This document shows, piece after piece, positions 26,401 through 41,400 of a stretch of DNA of 64,000 nt. Location of the stretch: assembly GCA_964270895.1 (NCBI GenBank), contig OZ185435.1; one strand, given 5' to 3'. The stretch's first letter is position 1. Each line of letters begins with the position of its first letter. Source of the stretch: Podarcis filfolensis. Taxonomy: Eukaryota. A model generated the notes under the pieces. That model worked only from the letters and a program-made list of their open reading frames with translations. It was not told the DNA's origin and did not search any database. A program made the position numbers and the translations under genes.

Positions 26401-29400
26401 CAGAGGTTAGGTAGGAGTGAAATATGTTTGGTTGCCAGATGCCTGGTATTCTGTCATGCACCTAACCTTTGCTTCAAAGCTCAGCTAGGCATATTGTCAG
26501 CAAACATTTTTACAGAACTGATATCCCTTTAATGATTTTGGGGAAAGCCTAGTCAACAGAATATGTCATACCCTGTTAAAAAAAAATCAAACGTAACTAC
26601 TGAACTCTTCTGTACTAAAATAGAAAGATTCACAGGGCTGGACTTGAGATCTGTATTTGGGAACTCCACTGACATCAGTCACTTTATTATTCAATTTACA
26701 CCCTATGGAAAACACACACTATTCTGGCTGGAAATTATTACATTATGAAATTTAAGTGTTTTTCTTGCATCAGGGATGGTAATAGGGATAATTGGTCCCA
26801 GTTGGGTGGGGAGACAGACTAGATAATCTTTCAATGTCTCATTTCTTCCTATAATTTTCTTATTTTATCATGATGGGTGTTTATCCTCATGGGTGGAACA
26901 GGCAGATACACAGCCGTGGTGAATGGAACTGATATTTTCTCATTAACAGGGAGCCCTAAGGCAAATGCACTCCCCTCATCATCCACTATTCCATGCATGC
27001 CTGCTAAAACCTTTCAATTCCCTTGCTACTGCATGTAAACTTAACTCCAGAAAGCATCAAATATCTGTTCAATGTTTGATTATTCTTGAAAATGTTAAAC
27101 ACTGAATCCTCCGAAACTATGAGAGAGTCACACACACAAAAAACACCTAATCCCAAAGTGGTGTACATCCTACCCAACTACTGCTTTATCCATCTCTATA
27201 CAGTTATAGATTCCTTGCTATAAAGCTCCTCTTGCTTTTTTTTTTTTTTTAACAGAACTCTCCAAGCTGCCCTTAACCCAGATGCTGTATAATATGTTGC
27301 ACAAGGCTTGCTTGGATTGTCCAAGTTTTTATAGCAAAACACCTTTGATGTGCATTATTGAAAGAGATGCCCTTTTGTGTTAAGTGAATATTGACATGAC
27401 TGCAGTAAAAGCCAAAGACCAAGAAAGTGAAGTGACATATTCTGTCCCAGGAGGGGAAGAGAAAGGTCAAAAATCAAATGCAAGGACACCTTCATGTCAG
27501 TTGCAACACACTAACATAACCAGTTCTTCCTCCCAGCTTGCCTGGAATATCCGAGAAAATATAAAATAACAGCATAACTGGGAATCAGGATTCCCAGAGT
27601 ATTATTGGAATTAAATCCTTGTTCAGAGCTGACTGCAAACAAAGACAACCTGTCTCTTGGACAGGTATATATACACAATGCCACATTTAGCCTTTGGCTA
27701 GCAATGTTTGCAGTGGTTATATTTATTTATTATTTGCATTTATAAACCTGCACTGAACTGGCTCTTCCTGCAGGGCAACCTCAGTGTTTAACCACATCAT
27801 TCTGCTGCAAGTGTATACCAGCCCTCAGATTTACAGGTCTGCAATGCTCTTTGACTTATCACTGGGCCACATATGCAAGAGAATGATGTGATAGGATGGA
27901 CTTTACCTGTTCAGTCTGCAGGTGCATAATCTCTCTCTCTCTCTTTAAAAGAGCAAGTGTGGCGTAGTGGTTAAGAGCAGTAGTCTTGTAATCTGGTGAA
28001 CCGGGTTCGTGTCTCCGCTCTTCCACATGCAGCTGCTGGGTGACCTTGGGCCAGTCACACTTCTCTGAAGTCTCTCAGCCCCACTCACCTCACAGTGTTT
28101 GTTGTGGGGGAGGAAGGGAAAGGAGAATGTTAGCCGCTTTGAGACTCCTTCGGGTAGTGACAAAGCGGGATATCAAATCCAAACTCCTCCTCCTCCTCCT
28201 CTTCTTCTGCTTTATGTAGTTCTATCATCAGGGAATTTGTTACATGGGCGATTATTCAAAATTGGAATCACAACCTGGTTTTGAAGTGGTACAGTTCATT
28301 CCACCTCAATTTCTCCTGAATGGGCAGATAAAGCCTAAGGCTAGGTTCTGGGATACCCATGGTTGCACAACAGTAATCAGCGGCACATTCCATTGCCAAG
28401 TTTTGTGGAGCAAGCACTCTCAGTGGCTGCTCCTTAAGTTTGAGGCTGACTTCCCCTTGTCATCTGTCAAAGCCTGGAAGGCTTCCAGAGGAATGTACTT
28501 TAAAAAAAAAAAAAGCCCACCTAAGCATTTTGCCATGGATCAGTTAAGTACAAAGTAAAAATAAATAAACAAAGTAATTCTGGGAGCCACAAGAGGCCTA
28601 ATGAAAGATCAATAAAATATAAATAAGATACAGACAATAATTCCTATAGGAAGGGACCAGCAATATGACGAAGGGACCACAGTTCAAGCTGTAGAGCCCA
28701 TTATTCATACGCAGAAGGTACCAAGTATAATCCTGTTAAAAGGCTCAATTAGCAGGTGGTGGGTAAGACTTCTGCAGAGCCAGAGACACAATATACATTC
28801 CTGAGCTAGACAGACCAACAGTCTGATCTGCTACAAGGCAGACCTGCATAAAGAGATGCCTATAGCTTTCATATGGACATTGGGCGTGCTTTCAACAGGT
28901 TTACTTCCTCTTAAAAAGATATATAATTTTGTGTGTGTGTGTGTGTGGGTGGTGGTGGTGTAGCTGCTGCTGCTGCTGGCATTTGTCTGTCTCAAGAGAG
29001 AATGGAATGCTCCTCCGGGGTTGAAGTCAAAAACCCGCGTTAGCAACACCAAAGTGTCCTCTCTGGGGCGCAAGTCTGGGCAGTGTGTATGGAGGTCTTG
29101 TGCTGATTCACGGCTGTGATCCAAAGAAAAGCAGAGCAATATGTTTGGCACCAGCTTGGCTGCAGGAGTTGCCAGGAGGAGGTGTACAACTGCCTTAGGG
29201 ACTCCATTCTCAAATCTGGATATGTGTAGGGTTTGCCTTTTCACCTCCCAAAGAGATCCCGCAAGGTGGTGGAGGTTTAGGATCAGAATTTTCCATCTCC
29301 TAGATGGGTTACCTTCCCACATTGATGAGCCCCATCTGCTCCTCACTTTCTCTACAGCATGTGCAGAAGCTGTCTTCTTGGCTCTTGGACCCACTGTTGG

Positions 29401-32400
29401 TCTCCTGTGCTCAATCTACCAAAGCCTGATTTCGCATGCAGGGTATCTATTTGTATCTATCTGGATAATTTTGATAAATATATTTTAATATTTACTTTTT
29501 AAAAATTTGTGGCTATTGAACTAAAGTACAAAGTATGCCAACAGCGATTAATGGTTGAAATTAGGACTGAAACCATTAAACTTTATGTACAAGAAAACTG
29601 TTTTTCTTCATCCGTCTATCAACTCTTACTATTCTATATGTAGCATTTTCTGATTGTAGAATAGCAATGTCACATTGCTAGTTGTCACATGTACTTGCCA
29701 CATATACGTCTCTCACATTGAGCGATTATGGATTAAAAAGTGTGTTCACAGACTCCTCATCTAATTTTTGGCACTGCCTCATCCAGGCTATGGCCTGAAG
29801 CTAGAAGAATGACACAGACAGGAAATACAGATCACCATCCGTCTCAAAGCAGATGGGAGAAGACAGTATCTCTGACTTCTGTACCCTAGCAACACACTGA
29901 CTTATGAATGTAGAATCCCAAAACACTGATTATTAAATTTGTTCTATTGACAAGCTATTTGGAAATCATTAGCATTCATTAGCTTGCTTCCACGTTCTTT
30001 GATGGCTGCATGCCACAAATATTTCTGTTAATGTAATGAGAACACTGGTTTAAAATGTGCCATAAACATTTCTCCTGGTCTTACCGAACAGGGAGGAAGG
30101 ATGTACAGAGTTAAGATGGGTATGGGAGTGGGGCACAAGGCCTCCAATTATATTCCCCACAAAAGCACTAGGCCATGTCCATTGTTCAATATTCTTGTTA
30201 AGTATTCCCTACATTTGAGGATCATTCACCAATGTTTTTGGAAGCAGCATGAATCCAGAGAGAAAGGAGTGCATGCTTGTTTCAGGCAAATGCACTTCAG
30301 GTTCTTATTGCTCAAGGACTAGCTAGGGGAGAGTAATGGGCAGTTCTGCAGGCAATGCAGCCTTTGAACACTGTAAGCCTTTTGGAGCCTGATACTTAAC
30401 AGCTCATACATTTGTATGCATTTCTACAAAATTAAGAGGACAGAACAGTTACATGTTTAACAAACTGAAGCCAAAGAGTAAGCTCCAAATATTGGTTTGT
30501 ACTTTTTTAAAAAATATGCTAACCACGTGACTGCACAAAGAGATCTGTGCAGCTTGATAGTTGTGTGTTAATGGGAATGTACTGAAGATTTTTTTCAGCC
30601 TCTCTCCTTGGTAGAATGAGAGGTTTCCATGGGGATTAGGTCCCCAAAGGGAATTTAAACAGGTCTGAGTATTCCTGAGCTATACATTCCAAGCAAAATA
30701 AGTTAGCAACTCACACCTGGCAGCTGTACAAATTACCTGAGTGCTCCTTAAGACCAGGTTCTTTAAAATTCGGTGAGAGAGGGGCTGTAACCATGTTCTA
30801 ATCTGCAGGAAAACTAAGCACATCAATAGCCTATCCTGTACACATCTTACCACCGGTATGTGCCTACTTTAACACATAAACATAAGGAAGGATGTGCTGC
30901 CTAAAACAAGGGGCAGTGTTGGATGGTCAGGGCCAGTGGACTGGGAGGTCAGTTTCTTTACAGATCAGTTTCTTTACAGATTACTTGAAACTTAAGCAGC
31001 GGTCAAGCATTAGCTTTTTTTTGCTGCTGCATTACACTGTTGACTCGTGTTAAACTTGTGGTCCACTAAGACCCCTAGATTTTTTTCATATGTACTACTG
31101 GCAACCCAGCAATTCACACATTAGTTCACATTCACATACTACTTGACATAATCCAAATTATTGCATGCTGTAGTGAAAACAGGGGCAAACACCAGCACAA
31201 AATCCATGATGCACACTGATGAATATGACCTGAAGAAAATTCCTTCTCACAAAACAGGAAGCACAATCCTTATCAAGAGAGTTCTCTTTGCTCTCTGACT
31301 AATTTATAGCTATAGCAATCTCAAATATAAACTTCTCAAGAATCTTCATTTTAAGATGGACCATGAAAGACAGAGGGTATCTTATACGGTCACACAGAAC
31401 ATTAGAGAAGAAAAATGTGCAGAGTCTTGGGAGCTCAGATAAACCATTAAAACTATACTCTCTTTTCTATCCCATATTCCCACCAATGTTTTTAAAGAGC
31501 ACAACCAAATTCTGTCATATTAGGAATACAGATAGAGAGAGAAAAAAAAGTGAACCTCCAGTTTACAAAGCATTGTTACTGTCCAGTTGGGTGTCTTGTT
31601 TCTTCACTTGAATGATCCCAACTGGGTCATCAGATTAAAAACTATAAGTATATTTTTCACCTATCCTCCAATTCCATTTGAGTGTGTTTCTACAAATGTT
31701 CTATACAGGCTGTTGCTGTTTGCTGATCCATTCCTCCTGGAATGTGCCAGAAACCCTTCCTGCTTTCTCTGTCTCATGCTATGCTCATTACACTCTATGA
31801 ATACAGCTCTGGCCAAGGTACAATTTTGCACTGCAACAATGAACGCTAGTAAAGCCTTAACGAAAACAAAAAGATACAATTCCTTCACACTTACAAAACA
31901 TCATAAACCATAACAACTATTTCTTTGATGCGTTTAACCTTCTATATTTCAGACTGCCTGGAAATAGCTAGCAATTTCACAATACACCCCACTGGGATTA
32001 AAATAAAGTGTACTGAAATGCCAGAAACATTAAACATTTGGATGCACAGGGAAAGCATCCAAAAGTCAGGAAAGAAACAGTCTTCCTACCAAAGCTGTTC
32101 TTCACATGCATGTGCTTTAAATACAATGTACAGTAAGCACAAATATCACGTTGCACGTCACATATGACAGAATCTGACCAAAGATTTGCTGGCGAGATGC
32201 TGCTAAATGGAAGAGCCAGTTCACTATGATGCAAGACACTGTCTAAGGTTTTATGAATGGAAATAACCATAGCTGTATTTCAAATTAATTGGTATTACAC
32301 ACCAGGCAGGAGAGGAAATTCATTTTCAAAAGGTATAAACATATAGCTGCTTTAATGACACAAAATAGTTTTATTGGTACATCAGTCATTAGAAGCACCT

Positions 32401-35400
32401 AGGTAAAGGCAATAAAATTGAGCTGCAAGTTTCCTCCAGACTTGCAATGTACAAATGTTAGTTCCCGCAAATGGAGGCCCCCATTTCCAGATTCCGGAGG
32501 TAAATGCACACTGATGATTAATTAGTAGAATTTTTCTTCAATTAGCCGTTAACTGGCCTGTTGGGAAGGGTCTATGGGATAATGGAAAGCTTTTTCTTCT
32601 TAAGATCTTTGAATTTCCCTTTCTTCTGGGTGAAGGCTGCTACAACAGAACATGGGCTAATGAGAACAGTGGAGCATGTGTATTACTGAGTCAAATATTA
32701 TATTTTAAAATATAATATTTAAAAATATGTAAAAATATTACAAATGTTACTACTGCACAAGGTGTGCTTGGTTCAAAGCAAGATATGAGGGTAATCAGCC
32801 AAAACAGGGATAAAGGAAACCAGAATCACTATCAACAAACTAACTAACTAGGGCAAAACTTCTACTGTCTGAGAAACCCTAAGGTAATTTCATTTGACCC
32901 AACCTGATGGTAGATCTATATTACACAGACCGAGACAAATTTCATGTTATTCTTCTACACTAACAATGCAAAGATATGCCAATGTGATGAGTGAGTGATG
33001 GGCAGGCTAATCTGACTTAACTGCCTGTATATTTCACTATCCAGTTGTGATCTAAGCATGTGGTTGCTGAGTACACATGACATGAAATCAGCCAAAATAC
33101 AACCATGTATTGATTCCATCTGAGGCCTGTGGGCGAAGTGGTTTAAAATGTTAAATATAACTATAAAAGGGTATTACAGTTTTATACAGGATAAAACAAG
33201 GCTCTGGGGATCATGCGGAACTGGAGCAGGAACTTATAGAAAAAGGAAAAGCTGAAGGCTCTTAAATTCCATACAGTATTGGCAATGGAATGGCAGGGGA
33301 AGGAATAGTGGAATATACAATTTGCTAAGCATTGCTTCTGATCTGCAACTGCCTGTTCATGTCATGCACTGAAATATTTTAAGACTTGGTTTTTTCTTTC
33401 CTAGTGAGAATTTAGAGACAAACAACGAAAACCTCAGCAGATGAAAAAGGGTGTTGCTGGCATTATGGGTGGAAAAAAGCAGCTATGCAAATGAAACATG
33501 TCCGGGAACATGACTGAAAGAAAATCAGGTAGCATTTCTGTCTTCAGCTGATCCAGATATAATATTAACCAATTCTAAGGAATTGGTTCCTTGACAAGTA
33601 TTCCTTGACTGTTGAGTCAGCATGGTAGTTAATTTGGGGAAAACATAAGAAAACGTTAATGAAGGCAGAGATCTAAATTAGCACATGCAATCTATTTCCC
33701 TAATGCCATATGGTGCAGGTCATGCTGTGGACTACTCTTCTGACAGCCTTTGTTCATTATTCCCTTTTGAGTAATGAGTTTGGCGGGGGAGTCTATGTGA
33801 GAAATAAACACAAACATCTCAACAGCCCCAACCTTTTATACCACACCTTCATGTGTGTATAGAGATAGGTAAGACCTTATGGATTCTGTTTTGCACACTG
33901 GGGCAAAAGATGCAGCAGTCCCTACCATATCTAAAAATAGTCACAGAAAGATGCAGAACCCAACACTAATGATTATATCATCACCACATTTCGTATTAGA
34001 AATACAATTCTTTTGCTCGAAAAATGTAGCCCAAAGATAGTACTACACAAAAATAGTTTAAAATTCCATGTATATTCGGAACATAATTCTTCCTTTACAG
34101 AATCAGTCAGAATGTGGGATTCTGGTCAGAAACTTGCATTGCCAGCACAACAGGGGGCAGAAATGTAATGATAAGCAATGCCCTCTCCCCCAATCTCTTT
34201 TCAAGAGACTCCCTAACAGATTTAACAATTGAGGTGTGTGAATTACCACTGTACACACAGGTGTGGGTGGCTTTTGTGGCATTACTGAGCATTAACTGAT
34301 CATACATCCACACTCCTTATCTACAAAGAATGCATATTTTAAAGGGAATGAGGACACTTAGTTACTTTTGACTGCAGTCTGGAATGAGTGATTAGCAAAA
34401 CAAACAAAAATATATTTGCATGTGCTGCAAAATGACCACATGAAAGCTGATGATTTCAGAAATTGATGCATTATGGAAAGGACACAAGAAAGGAAGCTTC
34501 TGGGCTGAGTATTTAAGAAAATACTAGGCACATTCTGTACTAACAGTGCCTTGTTCACACAGCTTATTCTTCAGTTCAACTATGCATGCAGGCCAAATAG
34601 TCTAGATCATGGCTACTGCACTTTGGTTTTTGCTAAAGAACTTATAAAGCTGCTTTAGATCAAGTCAGACCATTGGTCTTCTAACCCAGTGCTATCTACT
34701 CTGACCTTTAGCAGCTTCCCATGAATTCAAGCAAACGTGTTTCCTAGTTGAACTAGAGATCCTTTTAGGGGGAAATGGCAGAGACTGAACCTCAGACTGT
34801 AGAATACTCACTAAACAACAGCACATCCCTCATTTATATTCAAGTGTCATAATTTGCTGAACCTAAAATATTTTGTACTCAACAGGTCCACATCCTCAAG
34901 CCATACCACCTGTAATTGATCTAACAAAACAGGACTAGACCTCTTGAGATTCACCTTTTCTAATAGGAGATCATCCTCTGAGTCCCTTCTTCATGTGCCT
35001 CCTCCATAAGAGGTCTAGAGGGTGGCAGACATGAGAACAGGCCTTTTCTGCAGTGGCTCCTTGCTTGTGGAATGCTCTCCTCAGAGATGTTTGGCTGGCA
35101 CCTTCACTATACACCTTTAAACAGGTCTTTGGCTGATGGACATCGATGCCCTTTTAAATGTGGATGAGGGGAATTATTGCTTTGCTTTTGTTCTTACTTT
35201 TATTATGTATTTTTTAATATATTGTAATTTAATGTTGTGAACCACCCTGCGATCTATGGGTATAGGGTGGCATACAAATAGAAGAAGAGGAGGAGGAGCA
35301 GGAGGAGCAGGAGGAGTTAAGGTTCTGGTGAATATAAGCAATTTATGAACAAGCAGGCCACCATCAGTTCCATCCTGCTCTTAGGTTCAGGCTGTACTAG

Positions 35401-38400
35401 TTAGAAACGCACCTCCACATGTGAATCAAATGGACGAGGGAGAGCTTACTGAAAAGTGACCTGGTGTTCAGCTGCAGCATCAACAGGCCAGAAGGCTGGC
35501 TGATAGCACAACTCTAATTCTTCTGGGTAGAGAAGGGGCTAGCATGCAAAACATCCACAAACTGCCTGTGTTGCATCCCCTTCATCTGACTTGCCCCTCC
35601 TCTCTTACCTCAAGCTCTCCCCAAGTGATATTATTCCAGGCACATGCCATCAGTTTCTCTCTATATGTCACCTCAGAGAAAATGTAAAGTTCCCAGGTGA
35701 GGCACATCTCAGCTTGGAAAGATATGGCCCCCAGTCCCCAGCATTTGAACCCAGGTAGGGTTGTCAATCAGCTAGCAGAGGTGAAGCAGGCTTCTCTGCC
35801 GGCCTATGGTGGGAAAGGGCCAGCATCTTCATGACCAGGGAGTGCAAGCAGCTGTTGAGCAGAGCTGTCTGGATCAGTACTTAAAAATGGAAGTTGCTTC
35901 AATAATTTAAAATGGGGAATGTGGTGCACTGTCCAAAGTAATAATGCAATATGCCCCAGGTATCATGCACAATATTCAGTGTCATATAATCAATAATATC
36001 ACGAAGGAAGCATGGAGACATATACACTCCACAGAATTAAATCTTCAGGTGCCTACAACTCTAGTAAAAAAAAAGTGACACTCATGTTCTCATTCTTCAT
36101 CCAGCATAGCTGCTCAGTCCTTAAAGCACTCTGTCTATCCAGACCTAATACTTCCACTGCTTTAGGTTATATGACTCTTAGAAGTTATGGATTAAGGGAG
36201 ATAATAAACCATTTTTATCACCCTCATAGATTTGATTAGGTAACCCATCAAGTTTTACTGCATAACTCAGTTGTTCAGATTTTTTATTATGTTCATACCT
36301 TATTTACATGATCTTTTGCTATAAATGTGCATTGATTTTTTCCCCCAGATGACAATCCTTACCTAAGTCTTTCAAGAGTTGAAGCAGGCAAGGGCACTGC
36401 CTTATAGTCCAAGTTATTACTTATACACTATGGGAAGGATGTTGCTGCTGGTGAACTGTGAACAATACTTGTACACAAAGTGTGAAACACTGGGTTGGAG
36501 TCAGAGTTACAATGCAATCCTAACCATGTCTGCTCAGGAGTAAGTCCTACTGAATTCAGTGGTAAATGAGGCTAGGATTGCAGGCTCCCACTCATACAAG
36601 TGGCCCTACACCAAATATGATTAAGTCTGAACCAATCCATTTTGTTGGAACTAGTTTCTCAAACTATACCTCTGGGACTGATCCATAAAAAGTATACTAG
36701 ACTTTAGTTGAGGTTTTTCTTGTGAAATGAATTGCAAAACAGTTCTAACCTTTCCACCTATATGAAAGTACTTTAAAAATCACTTCAGATTATCTCAGAA
36801 CCCATAAATCCTCAGACTTGGAGCTTCCTTGAACAACTTCAAAGTTGTTAGACATACACAAAGTTGTTTGCTCTGAGTCTATATTTAAGTCTTTACTGTA
36901 CGTGACCAGTGAAAAGGGACCTAAGTTACTGGGATTAAAGGACTATGGGCCAGACCCAGTAATATCATTTTTTTGTAACTACAGGTAATTACAGATGATG
37001 GAAGAATGGGCTGTAGATGGACAATCCACTCAACAATGGGGTTGTATTAACATTTCTACAGTTTACTCTTGCCTGAGGGGTTAAAATTCTGCTGAAAATA
37101 TGCAAAACGTGCTCAATTACAGTATGCTGAATTATTTGCAAAATACAAAGCTCATTACATATTTATTCTAACAAGATGGACAACAGGGAACACATTTGCC
37201 AAAAATGATATTACTACCGGGGGGCCCTTGCACATGCTAACTAGCTATCTTATATAGCTGAACTGTTTTTAGTTTGTGACTGTTACTGTGGTAGAAAAAT
37301 GCCTTTGTGCCTTTGCTCTGTGATTCAGTCTTTAATTAAGCTTTGGCATTTGCTCGCTTTGAGTATTTCACTTAGCAACCTTGGTGCTCTCTTTCAAACA
37401 AGAGTACTTGCAAATGGAATGCCTTGTGTTAACCAACCCACTGTGTATCTATCATTCCTATGCATTAAAACAAGAACAACAAAGAGAAACTTGTATTATT
37501 TTAATCTAGAAGAACCTGGCACAGTTGAATTTTGCATGAGAGCCTAAGTGCATTAAAATAACCGTTTCAGGTTATGAACAAAGTAAGAATGCTTCCTCTC
37601 CATAACTATGTGGACTTTATCATTATCTGATTAGTCCAGACAATGGGCAATATCCAACTAACTAGTTCTGTCAGGATTTCCACTTGTGCAACTCTGCCCA
37701 ATTTCTGCTTCCTTTAGACCTCCCTTCCCACCCTGGTGACAGAAGAGAGGCCTGACCAGAGAGAAAAAGAGGTATATCACATAAAAAGGGCCACACATCC
37801 TGATATAAAGCTGGAATAGAATCCTGTCTAAAATCCTGCAGAGCCACTGCCATTCCATCTAGAAAATACAGGGTTAGATGGAACAATGGCAGGAATTGGT
37901 TTAAGGCAGCTTCCTACATCCCTAAAACAATGGAGAAATCCAGGACATAGCAGCGTTTCAACAAGAGATAGCCCAGGAAAAGGAAGCAGCAAAGGCAAGA
38001 CCATCTAATGCCACCAACATTATATAAGTTCTGGGAACTAATAGGTCTTTGTTGGGCTATTTTTTGTTGGGTCCATTGTTGTTGTCTTCAGATCTGATTG
38101 ACATTCAGCTTCTTAACTTTGCTATTACAGGGAATGGCAAATAAAATACTGACAGATCTTTGAAAATGTCTGCAATAACTACAGAACGTATAAGGCTTTG
38201 AATCAAGCCTGAAATATATTATCACTAGATTATTAGTATGGTGTTTATATTTTCAACAGGTATACATGGTATGTCTGGTATGGTGAGTAAACATAAGATA
38301 CAGAAGCTCAGCACCTAGATAAATCTACATTCAATGCCATCCAGTAAGCCCACAGCTCAAAATCTTTTCAACTTGCTGATGGGAGCCCTGCCAACTTCGT

Positions 38401-41400
38401 TAATGCTCCTGCTGGCAGAAATACGTGGGGGTTTGAGCTCCACATAGCTTATGCAGGATGAACAGCACACTGACAAACCTCTTGTGGACCAGCCACTAGA
38501 TGGGGAGAAAGGCACACTTGATTTCCACAACTTAAAATGCATCCCTTTATTATTTCACCAAATGAATTGTTTGCACCTAAGAACAGATTATGTACTCACA
38601 TGCTCTGTTGCTAACTACCTTCCTACCCACAATTTCATCACCGGATGTATAAAGGGGCTTAAAGGTCACCTCTTCTCCCTGTGACACCTATCCTCTTACA
38701 TATGTGTGGCGGGCGTGGGGGGTGGGGAGCGTGTGGAGAAATGTAATAATGAAGCCCTGATTTGTGGCAGAGAGTAGGGTTGAAAGCAACCCTGTGGCCT
38801 TTGCATGGCTGGTTTGTCCAATATGCTGGGCACCATGGAAATTACTGGGCCTGATCTACTCAAAAGGCTCTGCAGCTCTTTGAGTCATCACCCTGTGTAA
38901 GATGGACCCTGGATGCCTCCATACCTACAATGCCCTTCCCAGTGTGTTATGACTTGTTTTCTCTTTTGAATGATACTGCATTGTGTGTGTGCAAGCAGAG
39001 CAGCCTTTCCCATTGGTCTTAGTGGTTCGTTGCGCCAGGGTGCCGGCCTCTCAGGGACGCCCTAGCGAGTGGGGGAGCTGCGCAGCTTTGCTGGCAGCCT
39101 CCCCTTTCCCTGCATGCCCGCCAGCTGCGCCCCGCCAACTATATGGCTGGCGGGTGTGCAGCTTCCTTCCTAAGCCTGCGCAAGAGGAGAGCAATCCCCA
39201 CAGAGGCTCAGCTTCCCTCCCAAGCCTCTGCATTTGCTAAAGACGGCCCTGCTCCCAGTTGTTGTCTTCCTCCTGCTTCCTGGCGAAAGGCGGCGTGCAG
39301 CCTTCCTGGGCTGCCTTCTCGGGCACCCCAATGCTGGAGAGCATGTCTGCCAGCACGTTTTCCTGCTTGATCGCCACCACCATGCTGGGGATCGGGACAG
39401 TGGGGGAGGCAGAGGACATTTTCCACCGCCCCCTCCCTTGGAGTTGGGGGGGGGGCACTGGAGGGATCTTTGCACCACGGCATCGGATATGCTTAAGACG
39501 GCCCTGTGTGCAAGTGAAGACAAGCACATGTTACTCTTGCATTGTGTTTGTTATCAGATATTCTGAGTTGTGGTGTGTGTGTTAAACTACCTCCTATGGA
39601 ACCCACACTCGATGTACAAGGCTTTAGCCTGATGAGTCAAAGCCCATCAGACTCTTGCCATATCCACCAAAATTCAACTGGTTCCATCTCTGACCTGCCA
39701 AACACTCACCAGGTCCTACACCTAGCAATCAAAACCCATCAGTTATTCACCCTAGCTTAATCTACTGGCCATGAAAAATTTAAAAATACATTAGTGATTT
39801 TTAAAAAGTAAAGAACTGTTTAGGGTGGAAATAGTAAACATACAACAAGCCCATACAGAACTTGATGTTTATTTGCCCACCTCTCAGGTAAGAATGCTAT
39901 AAGGTTTTTCAGTCTGTCCCTACAATACAGGTAAGTAAATGGCAGCAGCGCATGAAAGAAGAAGCAAAGCTCAAAAGGCAAGGAGCATAATATTCACAAG
40001 GCATGTCAGTTGAAGGCTTGAATTGGGCTTAGAGTGAGCCAGAACCAATTATCAATGCTGAAACACATCAGTGGAATATGTAGCAAAGAGCTTCTGAGTA
40101 TGTGCAGAGAGTATCTCCAGCTGGAACTGGAGTCCAATAACGCCTGATGGACCAAAGGTCGTCCCCCCCCCCATTGTGAATGATCATAATCCACCCTCAC
40201 ACTCTAGGATCGGAGGATAAGGGTTTTCAGGTCTATGCTCTGGCATTCTTCACAAGTTAACCAGTGGGGGTTAAGCAGGCACATATGAACCAAGACATTT
40301 CTGTGCCTAAGGCGGGGGAGAGAATAAATGATTTATTTATTTTTTACCCCTGTGGGGGTAAAAACCAGTCACAGAATGAATTGATTTGTCAAATTGAAAG
40401 AGAAGGGTGGCAGTGGTGGAGAGAAGAGCCCAAGCAGTTCAATTTGAATCCCCTTAGCACCCTTAAGCGCCGCTTCCCATTTTAACACAGCAATTGCGGC
40501 AAACTGCATTGTCCATAGCTATGTTGAGGAGAGACAATTTCACAGGGGAATTTATGTTATCTAAACAACCAATATTCAAAGAAGCTTGCGAATGCTGAAA
40601 TGTCCCACCGCATGCTATGCTTGAGAGCTGTGAAGTGCAGTTTATGTAACCAGATCTAAGCAAGAAATGCTTTTGTGTAAATGCAGATGCACCTTGGGAA
40701 CGCCTGCTGACAAGCAGTTAATAGATCTGGATATGCACCCGTGATTTACCTCAGGGCAAGATATTCCATCTTTTCTCTACAGGATAACATCTCACACATG
40801 TTTTAAGCTTTCCCCACTGAAGTGAACCATTTCCAAGGCATTTTAAAAAGATCACTACTATTTATAGACTCTCAGATAGTAGATTTGACACACGCTTGTT
40901 TTTCCTTGGTAAAAATGAGGAAGTGCTCCTGACATGGATTTAGAGAGAGTAGAGATCCATGTAAGAAAGAAAAAAGCCTTGCATTTTAGGGTCAGACCCT
41001 AGTGTTGTTGGTTGTTTTTGACTGGAACCATCTTAGGACATGCTTCTGCTTACTGAATTTCTGTGCAGAGATATTGTAATGGACTCGGGGTCACCAGGAG
41101 AAGTTTGCTTATTTGTTTGTTTACTTAATAACATTTATATTGACTGTAATAAAACAAAAACCCTCAAAGCCGTTAATCAATCAAAGCAACTTTCTCCTGG
41201 ATCAAAATGGGTGATCTTAAGACCTACAAGTGGTTCAGGTACTACTGGCATTGCACCAATTATTACTTATATCTGAACAATAATCCTGTTGTGATTCTTC
41301 CTTGGCCTTGGAAACAGAATGTGCCTGTTGTTAGTCACTGTGCGAAACCACAACTCGCTTCACTGACCTGGTAAGTGGTGACTTAGCATCTGAACTTGTG

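Noticed and set aside
32980-33015. C-box (GTGATGA) and D-box (CTGA) pair suggesting an intronic snoRNA
   Set aside because: Boxes only about 30 nt apart, no terminal stem, no guide recognised.
38983-39585. Dense stack of ORFs on both strands suggesting a nested gene
   Set aside because: Explained by high GC content. No recognisable domain, and transposon-like ends are present.
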